Shown piece after piece: positions 48,770 through 61,425 of a DNA stretch of 64,000 bases (within the stretch, counting starts at the first letter, position 1; the number at the start of each line of letters is the position of its first letter). The translations under genes and the position numbers were made by a program. Under the pieces are notes generated by a model that worked only from the letters and a program-made list of their open reading frames with translations, had not been told where the DNA came from and ran no database searches. The DNA is taken from contig NC_086108.1 in NCBI RefSeq assembly GCF_963921235.1, forward strand, positions 3,162,001-3,226,000, written 5' to 3'. The stretch is from Mobula hypostoma. Its lineage: Eukaryota.

Positions 48770-49415
48770 AGGAGGGAGGAGAAGATGGCGGCGCGACGCA
48801 GCGCGGGCGGCCGTTCCGAATGAATATCGATATGTGTAACTAGGGGGCCGTGCACAATCCGGATTTGATGGACACAGCCGTGAGAAGCACAGAGGAACAT
48901 CTGGAGTAACTTCTGAAATGCCCGCTTCGCTGCCGCTGCTACTGTGCGATCGAGAATCTCCGGAGACGAAGGCCCCAAATCCTTGGCTTTGCGTATTGCC
49001 TGTTGCCGGGGCCGGGGTCAAAACGCTCGGCAGAGATGGTGCTCGGTGCTCGGTATCAAAGAGGTGGTTGGAGGCTCGGAGTTTTTCGGACGGACTCGGA
49101 GTCGGACTGTGGTCGGATGCTTCCGGGATGCTGCATCGGCAAGTTTGCGGCGCTGGAGGTTCACCGTCTGTGTGAGATGATGGGACTTTCAGAGACTTTG
49201 AGACTTTTACCGTGCCATGGTCCGTTCTTATCAAATTACAGTATTGTTTTACACTGTTGTAACTATATGTTATAATTATGTGGTTTTTGTTAGTTTTTAA
49301 GTCGATTTGTCATGTGTTTTCGTGATATCATTCTGGAAAAACATTTTTATCATTTCTTAATGCATGCATTACTAAATGACAATAAAAGGGGACTGTGTGT
49401 CCTCATAATCATAAT
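48770..49415 (+). mobile_element. CpG-rich non-coding retroposon-like insertion
   Basis: Starts GGAGGGAGGAGAAGATGGCGGCG, CpG-dense body, ends AATAAA...(ATAATC)n; interrupts a CR1-type tail. Confidence 0.55.
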
Positions 49416-49766
49416 CAACAGCCCATCCACCACTTGTGCTGGACCCTCATTCCACACTCTCCATAAAACCATAAGATATCAGTGCAGGATTAGGCCACTT
49501 GACCCATCGAGTCTGCTCATGGCTGATTCAATTTTCCTCTCAGCCCCAATCTCCTGCCTTCTCCCTGCATCCCTTCATGCCCTGACTAATCAAAAATCGA
49601 TTAACCTCTGCCTTAAACATACCCAATAATTTGGCCTCCACAGCCACCTGTGGCAACAAATTCCGCAGATTCACTGCTCTCTGGCTAAGGAAATTCCTCC
49701 TCATCTCCGTTCTAAAAGAATGCCCCTCTATTCTGAGGCTGTGTCCTCTGGTCTTAGACTTAACCA

Positions 49767-51660
49767 GAATACCATTCTGCTGAAGAGGGCTGAGCATTTT
49801 AACAACCTGCTTAATCAGGACTCTGACGCAGACCCCACCATCCTGAACGAACTGCCTGAATTTCCTCCTGTCCATGAGCTCAGTCTACCACCAACCTTCC
49901 AGGAGGTTCTATCAGCTGTCCATTCCCTTAAGAACAACAAGTCCCCTGCACTGACAATATCCCTGCTGAGTAACTGAAGAACGGAGGGTACATGTGTATG
50001 CGCACCCTCTACCAGTACATCACCAAGGCCTGGACTGATGAGAACATCCCACAGCAATGGAGAAATGCAAACATCGTTGTCATTTATAAGAACAAGGGTG
50101 ACAAGGCCATCTGCGGCAATAGTAGGGGCATATCACTGCTTTCTGTTGCTGGAAAGGTCCTGGCTAAGGTGATGCTTCAGAGACTCATCAGCAACATCAC
50201 CGAGTCGATGCTGCCTGAACCACAGTGTGGATTTAGGAAGAACAGGAGCACGATCGACATGATCTTCACAGCCCGGCAGCTTTAGGAAAAGTGCCGGGAG
50301 CAACATCAGGACCTGTTTATGGCCTTTGTCGACCTCTCCAAAGCATTCGACACTGTGCAAAGAGTGCTCTTATGGGATGTCGTCCTCAAGTTGGTTGCCC
50401 CAATAAATTTGTTAACATCCTCCACGATGGGGTGACTGCTTGGGTGACCGTAGGAGGACAAGAGTCTGAGCCCTACCTTGTACGCACAGGGGTGAGGCAG
50501 GGGTGTGTACTAGCGCCAGTGCTCTTTAACATCTTCCTCTTGTGTGTTACCAAGATTCTCCACAACGAGATTGAAGACAGCAGTGGTGTGGCAGTGGACG
50601 TCAGATCAGATGGCAACCTCTTTAACATCAGGAGGCTGCACGCAACCACCAAACCCCATAGAGAGTGGGTCCTGGAGCTGCAGTACGCAGACGATTGTGC
50701 TCTTGTGGCCCATACTCTGGAGGATCTTCAGACTGTCCTTGCTGTGGTGGTGAGAGCGTACAGCAGGATGGGGTTGACTGTCAATACCACCAAGACAGAA
50801 GTGGTTTGCCAATGGAGTACCAGTGTCCCACCCACTCTACCTGCCTTCACTGTTGGTGATGAAAAGCTGTCAGTAGTGCCATCTTTCCAATATCTGGGGC
50901 GCATTCTCTCTGAGAATAGCGGCGTTGACAACGACATCCAGAGCCGCATTAAACAGGCATCAGCTGCCTTTGGGAGACTTTTGCGTAGAGTCTTTCAGAA
51001 CAGGAGCCTTCGTCCCTCCACAAAGGTCGCCGTATACCAAGTTGTCTGTGTCACCACCCTCCTTTATAGCTGTGAAGCTCGGGTAACCTACAGCCGTCAC
51101 ATCAAGTTCTTGGAGCCCTTCCACATAAACTGCCTCCAGCACATCCTGGGAATTACCTGGGGTGAGCGGGTGCCTCACACTGAGATACTTGTAAAGACCA
51201 ACTGCAGGAGTATTGAGGCCATGAGCACCCAGCGCCAGCTGCAGTGGCTGGGGCACGTGATAAGGATGCCCCCATGTCGGCTACCCCGCAGAGTGTTATA
51301 CGGCCAGCTACATCATGGTCGACACTCAGCTGGAGGGCAGAAGAAGCGCTGTAAGGATCAGATGAAGAATGCTTTAAGGAAGTGCAGGATCAGATCCGAG
51401 GACCCGAGGATGTTGCTGCTGACCGTACCACTTGGTGACAGCTGTGTAGGGACGGGGTTCGTATTCTGGAGATGGAAAGAACAACCAGAAGACAGCAGAA
51501 GAGAGCCGGGAGAAATGCAGCCATGGTTGCCACCACGATCACATATACATGTCCCACCTGCAATAGAGCTTGTGGGTCCAGGATAGGACTGTATAGTCAT
51601 CAAAGATCTCACCGTTAAAGGAGTGGACGTCATCATTGGATTTCGATGGACAACCGAAGA
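49767..51660 (+). mobile_element. 5'-truncated RTE-clade LINE inserted in a CR1 fragment
   Basis: RGISLLSVAGKVLAK, QCGFRKNRSTIDMIF, GVRQGCVLAPVLFN, YADD, WLGHVIRM; (GAA)n tail; TSD AGACTTAACCA at 49756-49766 and 51661-51671. Confidence 0.9.
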
Positions 51661-52039
51661 AGACTTAACCACCATAGGAAATATCGCCTCTGACCACCCT
51701 CAGTGAAGGAGATCCCACTCTTTATACATTTCACCTTTCATCTTTGACCCATGACCTCTAACTCAAGTCTGACTCAACCTCTGTGGATGTCTTTGTAACC
51801 CCACCCAATAACCCACTTAGTCTCAGCCAACATTTCCCAATGTTTTTCACAGTTGCACAAACCAGCCAATGCTCTGAGCAGGAAATTTTTACACAGCCTG
51901 AAAACTGTATGAGAAAAAACTGAACTTGAGCTCTAAATCCCCTCATTCAACCTTTCAGTGCCTCCTGAAAACCTCTCTCTAAGACCAACCCGCAGTATTA
52001 GTACCAAACTTTTATTCCGCCTAGTCCCATGAACCCCAC

Positions 52040-52640
52040 CTAGACCACAGCTCCCCATACCCCTCCCACTCTGCCTAGTGTTATTGACCCCCCCACCAGC
52101 TGGACCACAGGTCCCCATACCCCTCCCACTCTGCCTGGTGTTATTGACCCCCCCACCAGCTGGACCACAGGTCCCCATACCCCTCCCACTCTGCCTAGTG
52201 TTATTGACCCCCCCCATCTGGACAATTGGACCCCATACCCCTCCCACTCTGCCTAGTGTTATTGACCCCCCCACCAGCTGGACCACAGGTCCCCATACCC
52301 CTCCCACTCTGCCTGGTGTTATTGACCCCCCCCCCCACCAGCTGGACCACAGGTCCCCATACCCCTCCCACTCTGCCTAGTGTTATTGACCCCCCCCCCA
52401 TCTGGACCACAGGTCCCCATACCCCTCCCACTCTGCCTGGTGTTATTGACCCCCCCACCAGCTGGACCACAGGTCCCCATACCCCTCCCACTCTGCCTAG
52501 TGTTATTGACCCCCCCCCCATCTGGACAATTGGACCCCATACCCCTCCCACTCTGCCTAGTGTTATTGACCCCCCCACCAGCTGGACCACAGGTCCCCAT
52601 ACCCCTCCCACTCTGCCCAGTGTTATTGACCCCCCCCCAA
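52040..52640. repeat. About 60-bp C-rich minisatellite, about 10 copies
   Basis: Unit CCCCATACCCCTCCCACTCTGCCTAGTGTTATTGACCCCCCCACCAGCTGGACCACAGGT. Confidence 0.95.
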
Positions 52641-53451
52641 AGTACCATGGCTCCTCAATTGTGAAGAAAATATCTTCCCTACCTTGAGAATGTGGAACTT
52701 GGTCCCACAGGGACTGTTTGAGGGGAACATATTTAAGAGGAAGGAAGTTTAAGCAGAACTAAGGAAGGCATTGAGGGTGAGACAGATCAAGTTCTCACTT
52801 TCTTTAATATTCCCATGTGTCCTTTGGACGTGGGGAAGGCAATTCAAACGTTCCGTGGCTCAATTTAACATCAGAGACTGTATATAATATACAACCTGAA
52901 AGACTTGCTCTTCACAAACATCCACAAAACAGGAGAAAATTCCAAAGAAGGAATGACAGACAAAATATTGGAACCCCAAAGCCTCCCTCACACAAGCAAT
53001 AGCAAAAGCATCAACCCTGCCCCCTCTTCTTCCAGCAGAAAGCATCAGCCAAGCACCCACCACGCCACAGCAATGCCCCCAAAGAGGTATTATGATCTAG
53101 AGTCCACAAATACCACTGTTCATCCCAACCACTGGACGTGCCACAGGCTCTCTCCCCTCACTGCCAAGGGAGAGAGAGATGTCACTCCTTCCATAGCCGG
53201 GGGTGATGAACAGATCGCTGTTTTGATGCAAACAGTCTGGAGTGTCACTTTTATTTAGTTTGGCCTGACTTGAGAATCAGCAGCAAACTCTGACTCACTG
53301 TCGAGGGATGGAGAGAGAGAGATTGCTCGACCTCACCGGCTATCTCAACGTTGCGGTCTCCTGTGACGCCTCAGTTCGTGAGGGATTGAGTCAACACCAC
53401 AGGGCTGCGCCAGGCCGCCCATTTTCCATTTCCCACACCGAGTTTTGGATT

Positions 53452-54190
53452 AATACTTTACACTTCATACTTTATTGTTGCCAAACAATTGATACTAAAA
53501 CATACAATCATCACAGCGATATTTGATTCTACGCTTCGCGCTCCCTAGTTTACAAATCGATAGTAAATATTAAAAATTTAAATAATAAATCATAAATAGA
53601 AAATAGAAAAATGGGAAGTAAGGTAGTGCAAAAAAACCTGAGAGGCAGGTCTGGATATTTGGAGGGTACGGCCCAGATCCGGGTCAGGATCCGTTCAGCA
53701 GTCTTATCACAGTTGGAAAGAAGCTGTTCCCAAATCTGGCCATACGAGTCTTCAAGCTCCTGAGCCTTCTCCCGGAGGGAAGAGGGACGAAAAGTGTGTT
53801 GGCTGGGTGGGTCGTGTCTTTGATTATCCTGGCAGCACTGCTCCGACAGCGTGCGGTGTGAAGTGAGTCCACGGACGGAAGATTGTTTTGTGTGATGTGC
53901 TGGGCTGTGTTCACGATCTTCTGCAGCTTCTTCCGGTCTTGGACAGGACAACTTCCATACCAGGTTGTGATGCACCCTAGAAGAATGCTTTCTACGGTGC
54001 ATCTATAAAAATTAGTGAGGGTTTTAGGGGACAGGCCAAATTTCTTTAGTTTTCTCAGGAAGTAAAGGCGCTGATGGGCCTTCTTGGCAGTGGACTCTGC
54101 TTGGTTGGACCAGTCAGGTCATTTGTGATATTGACCACAAGGAACTTAAAGCTTTTAACCTGTTCCACTTGCGCACCGCCGATGTAAATT
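53452..54190 (-). mobile_element. Rex1/Babar-like 3' fragment (second family)
   Basis: IIKDTTHPANTLFVPLPSGRRLRS..SFFPTVIRLLN; near-identical to 62490-63257. Confidence 0.85.
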
Positions 54191-55149
54191 GGGTCCCATT
54201 GCACCAAATATTTTTTGTGTCACCTGTTCCCTCTCACATGATCAATTCCTCCAAGTGTTTGCATCTCCAACAGCTTGTCCTGGTCCATCCGCGGAGACAC
54301 CATGGCCAAGAAAGCTCTCCAGCACCTCTGCTTCCTCAAAAAGCTCAGGAAATTGGGTGTGTCCCCTTTGGCCCTCACCGGGTTTGATGGATGCGTCCTA
54401 GAAAGTGGCCACCTAGATGCCTCAGAGCCTGGTACAGCAACTGCCCTGCCCGATGCTGCAGGAAATTGCAGAGGGTGTGGGCACAGTTCAGCCCATCATG
54501 GAAATGAGTCTCTCTCTACACTTCCACGCCGCCTGGGAAAGTGGCCAGCACGAGAACACAAGGGAGAGGAGTGGGAATCAGCTACTCAGCCCTCAATCCT
54601 ACCCTGTTATTCAGTGTGATCTATGCTGATCTCAACTCCACCTCCGTGGCACTTCCGATAACTCTCAATTCCTTGGACTTTCAGATATCTGTCCTGCTCC
54701 ACCCCCAGTACATCATATGATCTGGACTTCACCACCCTTGGGATGAGGGTGAGCGGCAGAAATTCCAGATGCTCACTACACCCTGAGGGAAGAGGTTTCT
54801 AAGACCCTTCCCACCTCAGACATTATCTCTTCTTTCTCATTCCAACAGGCAGAAGATACAAGGGGAAGGAAGGGGGGGGGGGCGGGAGGGAGTGTCGACT
54901 CAGACCATGTGAGGCCTGCGTCGGGCATTTTCATGCCTTACAAGGCGCAGATTGGAAGTCTGTGGGGCACCACTCCTCACACAGGCACTAGAGCAATGTG
55001 TGATTAAGTGTCTTGCTCAAGGACACAAACACGCTGCCACAGCTGAGGCTCGAACCAGCGACCTTCAGATCACTAGATGAACGCCTTAACCACTTGGCCA
55101 CGTGCCCACGAAGATACAAAAACTTGAAAAAACACACCATCAGGCTCAG

Positions 55150-55612
55150 CTCATTCATAAGGCCAGTGATGTTGTGGGGATGGAACTGGACTCTCATTCA
55201 TAAGGCCAGTGATGTTGTGGGGATGGAACTGGACTCTCTCACGGTGGTGTCTGAAAAGAGGATGCTGTCCAAGTTGCATGCCATCTTGGACAATGTCTCC
55301 CATCCACTACATAATGTACTGGTTGGGCACGGGAGTACATTCAGCCAGAGACTCATTCCACCGAGATGCAACACTGAGCGTCATAGGAAGTCATTCCTGC
55401 CTGTGGCCATCAAACTTTACAACTCCTCCCTTGGAGGGTCAGACACCCTGAGCCAATAGGCTGGTCCTGGATTTATTTCATAATTTACTGGCGTAACTTA
55501 CATACTACTATTTAACTATTTATGGTTTTATTACTATTTATTATTTATGGTGCAATTGTAACGAAAACCAATTTCCCCCGGAATCAATAAAATATGACTA
55601 TGACTATGACTA
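55150..55612 (+). mobile_element. Rex1/Babar-like 3' fragment (near-identical to 46897-47577), with 5' end duplication
   Basis: Same sequence and (TATGAC)n tail; CTCATTCATAAGGCCAGTGATGTTGTGGGGATGGAACTGGACT occurs twice in tandem. Confidence 0.85.
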
Positions 55613-56493
55613 AGGACAGCTTCTACTCTGTAGTAACAAGACTCTTGAATGGATCCCTTGTATAATTTTCTTTGTTTTTGTAATTTATTTTTTTTATTGA
55701 AGTTCATCATCAAACAAAATTTTCCATAAGATGTATTTCAGATACTGTACATATATGTCACAAATCTCCACACTTAAAGTTGTACAGGGCATTTGAGAGG
55801 CTACACTTGGAATACTGAACAAGGTCTTTTGGTCCCTTTACCTAAAAAAGGGTGGGGATACGTCCCTACCAAAGAAGGTGTAGGCTGCTCCTTCCCTCTG
55901 CTGTCACCCTTGGGCAAGGTGTAACACCTGTTCAGACAACATCTACCCCCCCTCCCCCCCACTTTCAGGGTCATTTGAAGCCATGGGAGCAGGTGGGGGA
56001 TGGTTGCATGTCACAACTCTTGGTTATGCGACTACTGTTGCCAGACCATCCCTGAAGAGTATTGATCATGGCTGGGGTCACCTGTCTTGCAAAGACACGG
56101 CCCAGAAGGAGGCAATGGCAAATCACTTCCGTAGAAACACTCATGGTCATGCGACACGGCACAGAATGAAGATGACCTCAGGAAGGATATACTGACACTG
56201 GGGCCAGAGATTCAGCTGGCTATTTCCCGGAAGGAGCGGGATGTCCTACCAAGTGAGGCTGGACCAATTGGATCCATAATGCTTGGTGTTTAGAGAAATG
56301 CAGGTAACTTTATTCAAACAGTCAGCAACTAAGAAGGATTGTCAGGGAAGACATTGGAATATATCCACTAGTGCACGAACCACAAAATAAGTGGACAAGG
56401 CTAAAAGATAAGATGCTAGAGAAACTCAGCAGGTCGGGCAGCATCTATAGGGAGGAATAAACAGTCAACATCTATCAGGACAGCATAATTTGG

Positions 56494-58400
56494 CCATCTA
56501 TAACGATCTCAGTCATCCAGGTCATTGTAAATCAGGGCTTCCTGTGTTGTCTAGAAGACGTTTGGCCACTCATCCAAGAAGCTTCTTCAGTTTTGATCCA
56601 GTGTGGGTAGTTTCGCAGCTTATAAAATCTGTGAGTTGTTTAAAGAAATGGCAATCACCTGAGGGTTGCTAAGAGTCATGGAGGTAATGAGAGAGTCATT
56701 AGTCTTATCTCTATATGAATGGAGGTGTGAACTGTTGTGGAGACGCCGGGGTAGAATGTTAGTGTCAAGTAGCTGATAGGTGATGTCATACCCCACCCCC
56801 TCCGATCAGGAGTGGGTTTTCCAGTTTGACAAAGATGGCTTCTTTAACCCTTCTTTCAAACTACCTGTGCTCCCTGTCCAAAATGTGCACATTGTTATCA
56901 TCAAAGGAGTGTTCTTTGTCCTTCAGGTGTCGCCATACAGCCGAATCTTGAGCTGAGGTGTTGGCCCTCCTATGCTGGGCCATCCGAGTGTTTTGATTTG
57001 CCGATATACAGATCTGAGCAGTTCTCACTGTATTGGATAACAGATACAATATTGTTCTGTTTACGGTTGGGTGTAGGATCACCCAGCTTGGATCAGCTAT
57101 GTACTCTACTTGGCTTTTGTCTCAATACGACCTATTTCAAATACAAAGATGTCCTCTACAGGCAGAAACACGGTTGCACCATGTCTCCTACTGTGGCCAA
57201 CTTATACATAGAAGAAGTAGAAAGGACGGCCTTCCATGGAACATCACCCAGTCAACGGTTCAGGTATGCGGATGACACCTGGGTCAAGGTCAAGCCTTCA
57301 CAGAACACATCAACTCGCTGGATAATAACATCAAACCTACATGAGAAGACATCGAGAACAATAGACTGGCCTTTTTAGACTGTGCAGTACTTATCAAAGA
57401 AAATGGATATCTAGATATTGACGTTTATAGGAAACCAACCCACACAGATCAGTACCTATAGTTTGATTCTCATCACCCATTAGAACATAAGTTGGGGGTT
57501 ATCAGAACACTACATCACCGTACTGAGCATGTGCCCACCAACATTACAGCTGAAGGCAAGGACTGCAAGTATTTGAGAGAAGACTTGAAAGCTTGTGGCT
57601 ACTCTGACTGGGCCTTCATCAAGACAGCAACAAAAACCAGCAGGGTCATCAGCCCAGCAGACAGAGGTAAGGAGTAAAGCAGGGAAAAGATAGTCATCCC
57701 ATATGTAGCTGGAGTTTCAGAGAAAATCAGAAGGATTTTCAACAAACATCAAATCCCTGTGTTTTTCAAACTTAGAACACACTCAGACAGAAACCCGCCC
57801 ACCCCAGGACCCTACACCCAAACATAAACAGAGCAATATTGTATCTGCTATCCAATACAGTGAGAACTGCTCAGATCTGTATTTCAGCGAGACAAAACAA
57901 CCACTTCACAAACAGATGGCCCAAATTAGGAGGGGCCAACACCTCAGGTCAAGACTCGGTTATATGGCTACATCTAAAGGACAAGGGACACTCCTTTGAT
58001 GATAACAATGTGCACATTTTGGACAGGGAGCACAGGTAGTTTGAAAGAGGGGTTAAAGAAGCCATCTTTGTCAAACTGGAAAACCCATCCCTGATCGGAG
58101 GGGGTGGGGTACGACATCACCTATCAGCTACTTACAATGCAGTCCGAACATCTCCACCCCGGTGGCTCCACAACAGTTCACACCTCCATTCATGCAGAGA
58201 TATGACTAGTGACCCTCTCATTACCTCTGTGACTCTTAACAGCCCAAATGTGATTGCTATACCTTCAAACAACTCGCAGAGTTTATAAACCGGAAAACTA
58301 CCCACCAAGGATCAGAACGGAAGAAGGCTCTTGCATGAGTGGCGAAATGTCTTCTGAACAACACAGCAAGTCCAGTCGCCTTGATTTACTACTGCCTGAG
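56494..58400 (+). mobile_element. Penelope-like element (RT plus GIY-YIG remnants) with inverted 5' copy of its 3' end
   Basis: FCLNTTYF..YRQKHG, RYADDTW, VYRKPTHTDQYL, IPYVAGVSEKI, endonuclease tail HILDREH..RGVKEAIFV. 56540-57080 is the reverse complement of about 57806-58365. TSD ATAATTTGG at 56485-56493 and 58401-58409. Confidence 0.88.
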
Positions 58401-59109
58401 ATAATTTGGTTGGGTTTTGGGTTGAGACCTGCTGAAGTATCATCTCCATAGATGTTGCCTGAGCTGTTGAGTATTTCCAGTGTTTTGTGTGTATTGCTAC
58501 AAGATGAGGGGCTAGTCATTTGGAACTGATGGGTGTAGAGACCTCTTCTCTCCAGAACTCTCTGCCCCCAAGGGTAGTGGAGGCCACATGGTATGGTGCA
58601 GAGGGACAAATATCTGAAAGTTCAAGGAACTGAGAGTGAGAGGGCAGTGGCACGGAAGAGGAATTGAGGACAACAGGGATCAACTGTGATCACATCAAAT
58701 GGCAAGTTCAGGCTTGAGGGGCCGAGTGGCAGATTCCTACTCCAATTTCCTTGTGTTCTTGTGAGCTGAGACACTCACACAGGGAGGCTTTGGGGAGAGG
58801 ACAGAGGGGGATCCCAAAGTTCAGAAAGGTGATGGTGTTGCTGCCAGTACTGAACACATCTAGTCCACCCGTTATTCCTTCCATACATTACATATACAGT
58901 AATTCATTGAAGTTTTATATCGCAAAATGAAAAAAATTCCTCTCTATAAGCCAGCAATAAAAAACCTGACCCTGATGGCACAAGAACTCGAACGCAAGGC
59001 TAAACACTCAGATACGCACGTTCGTAATTACAACCAGGTCTGTGGCTAAGTCTCCCCCCCCCCCCCACCTGTACACACTCTAGACGGAAGGTTGTACTGA
59101 CTGGGCGGG

Positions 59110-59575
59110 GGAAAGATAGGGGAGGGTGTAGGATTTGGAGGAAGGGTATAGAGTCCAGAAGAGGGTGTAGAGATAGGGAAGGGTGTAGGATTTGGAGGGT
59201 TATAGGGGTTGTAGAGATAGGGGAGGGTGTAGGATTTGGAGAGTTATAGGGGTTGTAGAGATAGGGAAGGGTGTAGGATTTGGAGGGTTATAGGGGTTGT
59301 AGAGATAGGGAAGGGTGTAGGATTTGGAGGGTTATAGAGGTTGTAGAGATAGGGAAGGGTGTAGGATTTGGAGGGTTATAGGGGTCCAGAAGGGGGTGTA
59401 GAGATAGGGAAGGGTGTAGGATTTGGAGGGTTATAGGGGTCCAGAAGAGGGTGTAGAGATAGGGAAGGGTGTAGGATTTGGAGGGTTATAGGGGTCCAGA
59501 AGAGGGTGTAGAGATAGGGAAGGGTGTAGGATTTGGAGGGTTATAGGGGTTGTAGAGATAGGGGAGGGTGTATTG
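59110..59575. repeat. G-rich minisatellite (44-55-bp units), continuing as degenerate G-rich repeats to about 60340
   Basis: Unit GTAGAGATAGGGAAGGGTGTAGGATTTGGAGGGTTATAGGGGTT, with or without CCAGAAGAGG. Confidence 0.9.
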
Positions 59576-60407
59576 GTCAGGGGGTGTCAGGAGGGAATGG
59601 AAAAGGTGTGGGGAAGTGTAAAGGGAACGGAGAGATGTGGTAGCTGGCGGTGGGGAAGGGGAGGCGGTTACGGATATAAGGAGGAGTTACAGAGAGTGGG
59701 CTGTGGATATTCTGAGAGCAGAAGGGACAGGAGGAAGGGGTGTTGGGGCTGAAGGAGATTAGAGACAGGGAGGTATGTAGGGGACTGAGGGGTTCACAGA
59801 GAAGGGAAGTGTCACTCATGACTGGGAAAGTTGTAGTGGCTGGTAATTACAGAGATAGGGAGGGAAGGAGGGGCTGGGGGTGTGGATATCACAGAGACTG
59901 GGAGTGTTACAGGGGCCTGAGGAGATTACAGAGATAGCGAGGGAAGTAGGGGTCAGAGGGTGGTCACAGAGCTAGGGAATGATGGAAGGGTTGGAGGGGG
60001 GGCTCAGAGATCAGGAGGGATGTAGGGGCTGAAGGTGGGGTTACAGAGATTGGGAGGGTTGGAGGGTCAGAGGAGATTACAGAGATAGGGAGGGATGTTG
60101 GGTCTGGAGGGAATGTCAGAAGATAGGCGTGTTATAGGGGTCTGGGGAGAGTCCACAGATTGTGAGGAGTGTAGAGTGTCTCACAGAGAGGGACATGAGA
60201 TAGTGAAGTGTCACAGAGAGGGGCTCACGGAGACAGGGGTGGTCACAGAGACGGGGGGGGGTGGTCAAAGAGACAGTGTGTGACACAGACCAGGAGGGTT
60301 TGTACAGAGACCTGGAAGGTGGGGGGTCATTGAGAGTGATGGACCCAGGTCCGACAAAGAACCTGTCAAGATGGCTAATGGCAGGAGCTGAGCCGCAGTG
60401 GCCTTAC

Positions 60408-61118
60408 CTGTGTCACACTCCTCGTGGTCGCTCTGGTCCAGCAGGTGTGTCAGCTCGGAGCTCTGCGTCAGGTAGTTACGGAGGCTGGTGATCATCTGCT
60501 GGATCCCCTGCAGCATCTCGGTGCTGCTGGTGTGCTTGCCCCTGCCCTCGATGGTGTAGGAGACGAAGCCCTGCAGCAGGCTGCCAAAGTAGCAGTCCTT
60601 GTTGTGAGACAGCTCCTCGATTTTGTTCCTGATCCTGCGGTCAGCCGACACGAGGCCGGTGAAGGCGTGGCTGACGGCCGACAGCCGGTTCCTCACCTTG
60701 TCGGTCAGGCCGTGTGAGTGGCGTTTGTACCTTTGCCTGTGCGGTGTGTGCGGGCTGGCCGCCGTCACCTCCTCCTCCATGCTGCTGACCGACAGCGAGT
60801 CCAGCTCCAAGATGGGTGGCAGCACCGGGCTGTCGCAGGCCAGCAGCGAGCTCTCCGAGTGCGACTTGCGGAGGGACGAGGGGCACTTGAGGCTGCTGCT
60901 CTCCAGCCAGGAGGCGCGGTAGTAGGGCGGCAGGGTGCTGCTCCCCCCGCCCCCGCCCCCGCCCCGGGGGCTTGCCACCTCCTCCGTCACTTCGCCCTCA
61001 GGGTTGTCGCCCCAGCTCCAGGCCGCCCGCCGGCTGAAGGTTTTCCTCCGCGAGGCTGTCGACGGCGTCTCTGGACTTGCCTCTATGCTCACCTCTGCGC
61101 TCACCTCTGCGCTCTGAG
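60408..61118 (-). CDS. RINL: RIN-family (RINL-like) Rab5 GEF, large internal exon: Ser/Pro-rich region plus RIN-homology (RH) region
   Basis: Translation includes DSLSVSSMEEE...DKVRNRLSAVSHAF...YFGSLLQGF...TSSTEMLQGIQQMITSLRNYLTQSSEL, typical of the RIN RH region. Donor is ACAG|GTAAGG (exon ends 60408, phase 1). Preferred acceptor is CTAAC branch site + pyrimidine tract + CGACAG| at 61118; an alternative AG gives a start at 61186. GC/CpG-rich relative to flanks. Family call is firm; the paralog name (RINL vs RIN3) is less certain. Confidence 0.85.
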
Positions 61119-61194
61119 CTGTCGAGAGATCAGTGGAGACAGAGTGGTTAGAGCGTGGCTGAGGAGTCTGAGGGAGAAGCTGCCCGCTGGGGGA

Positions 61195-61425
61195 GGAGGG
61201 GTATCCGTGGGGAACGGGGAGGGGTATCCGTGAGGAACAAGGAGGTGTATTCGTGAGGAACGGGGAGGAGTATCCGTGAAGAATGAGGAGGAGTATCCGT
61301 GAGGAACGGGGAAGGGTGTCTGTGAGGAACGGGGAGGGGTATCCGTGAAGAATGAGGAGGAGTATCCGTGAGGAACGGGGAAGGGTGTCTGTGAGGAATG
61401 GGGAGGGATATCCGTGGGGAACGGG
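61195..61425. repeat. About 22-bp-unit minisatellite upstream of the large RIN exon
   Basis: Repeated GTATCCGTGAGGAACGGGGAGG variants. Confidence 0.85.

Noticed and set aside
60265..60407. C-terminal extension of the 279-aa ORF (GKATAAQLL...)
   Set aside because: Lies past a strong GTAAGG donor; RIN homology continues at exon 23407.
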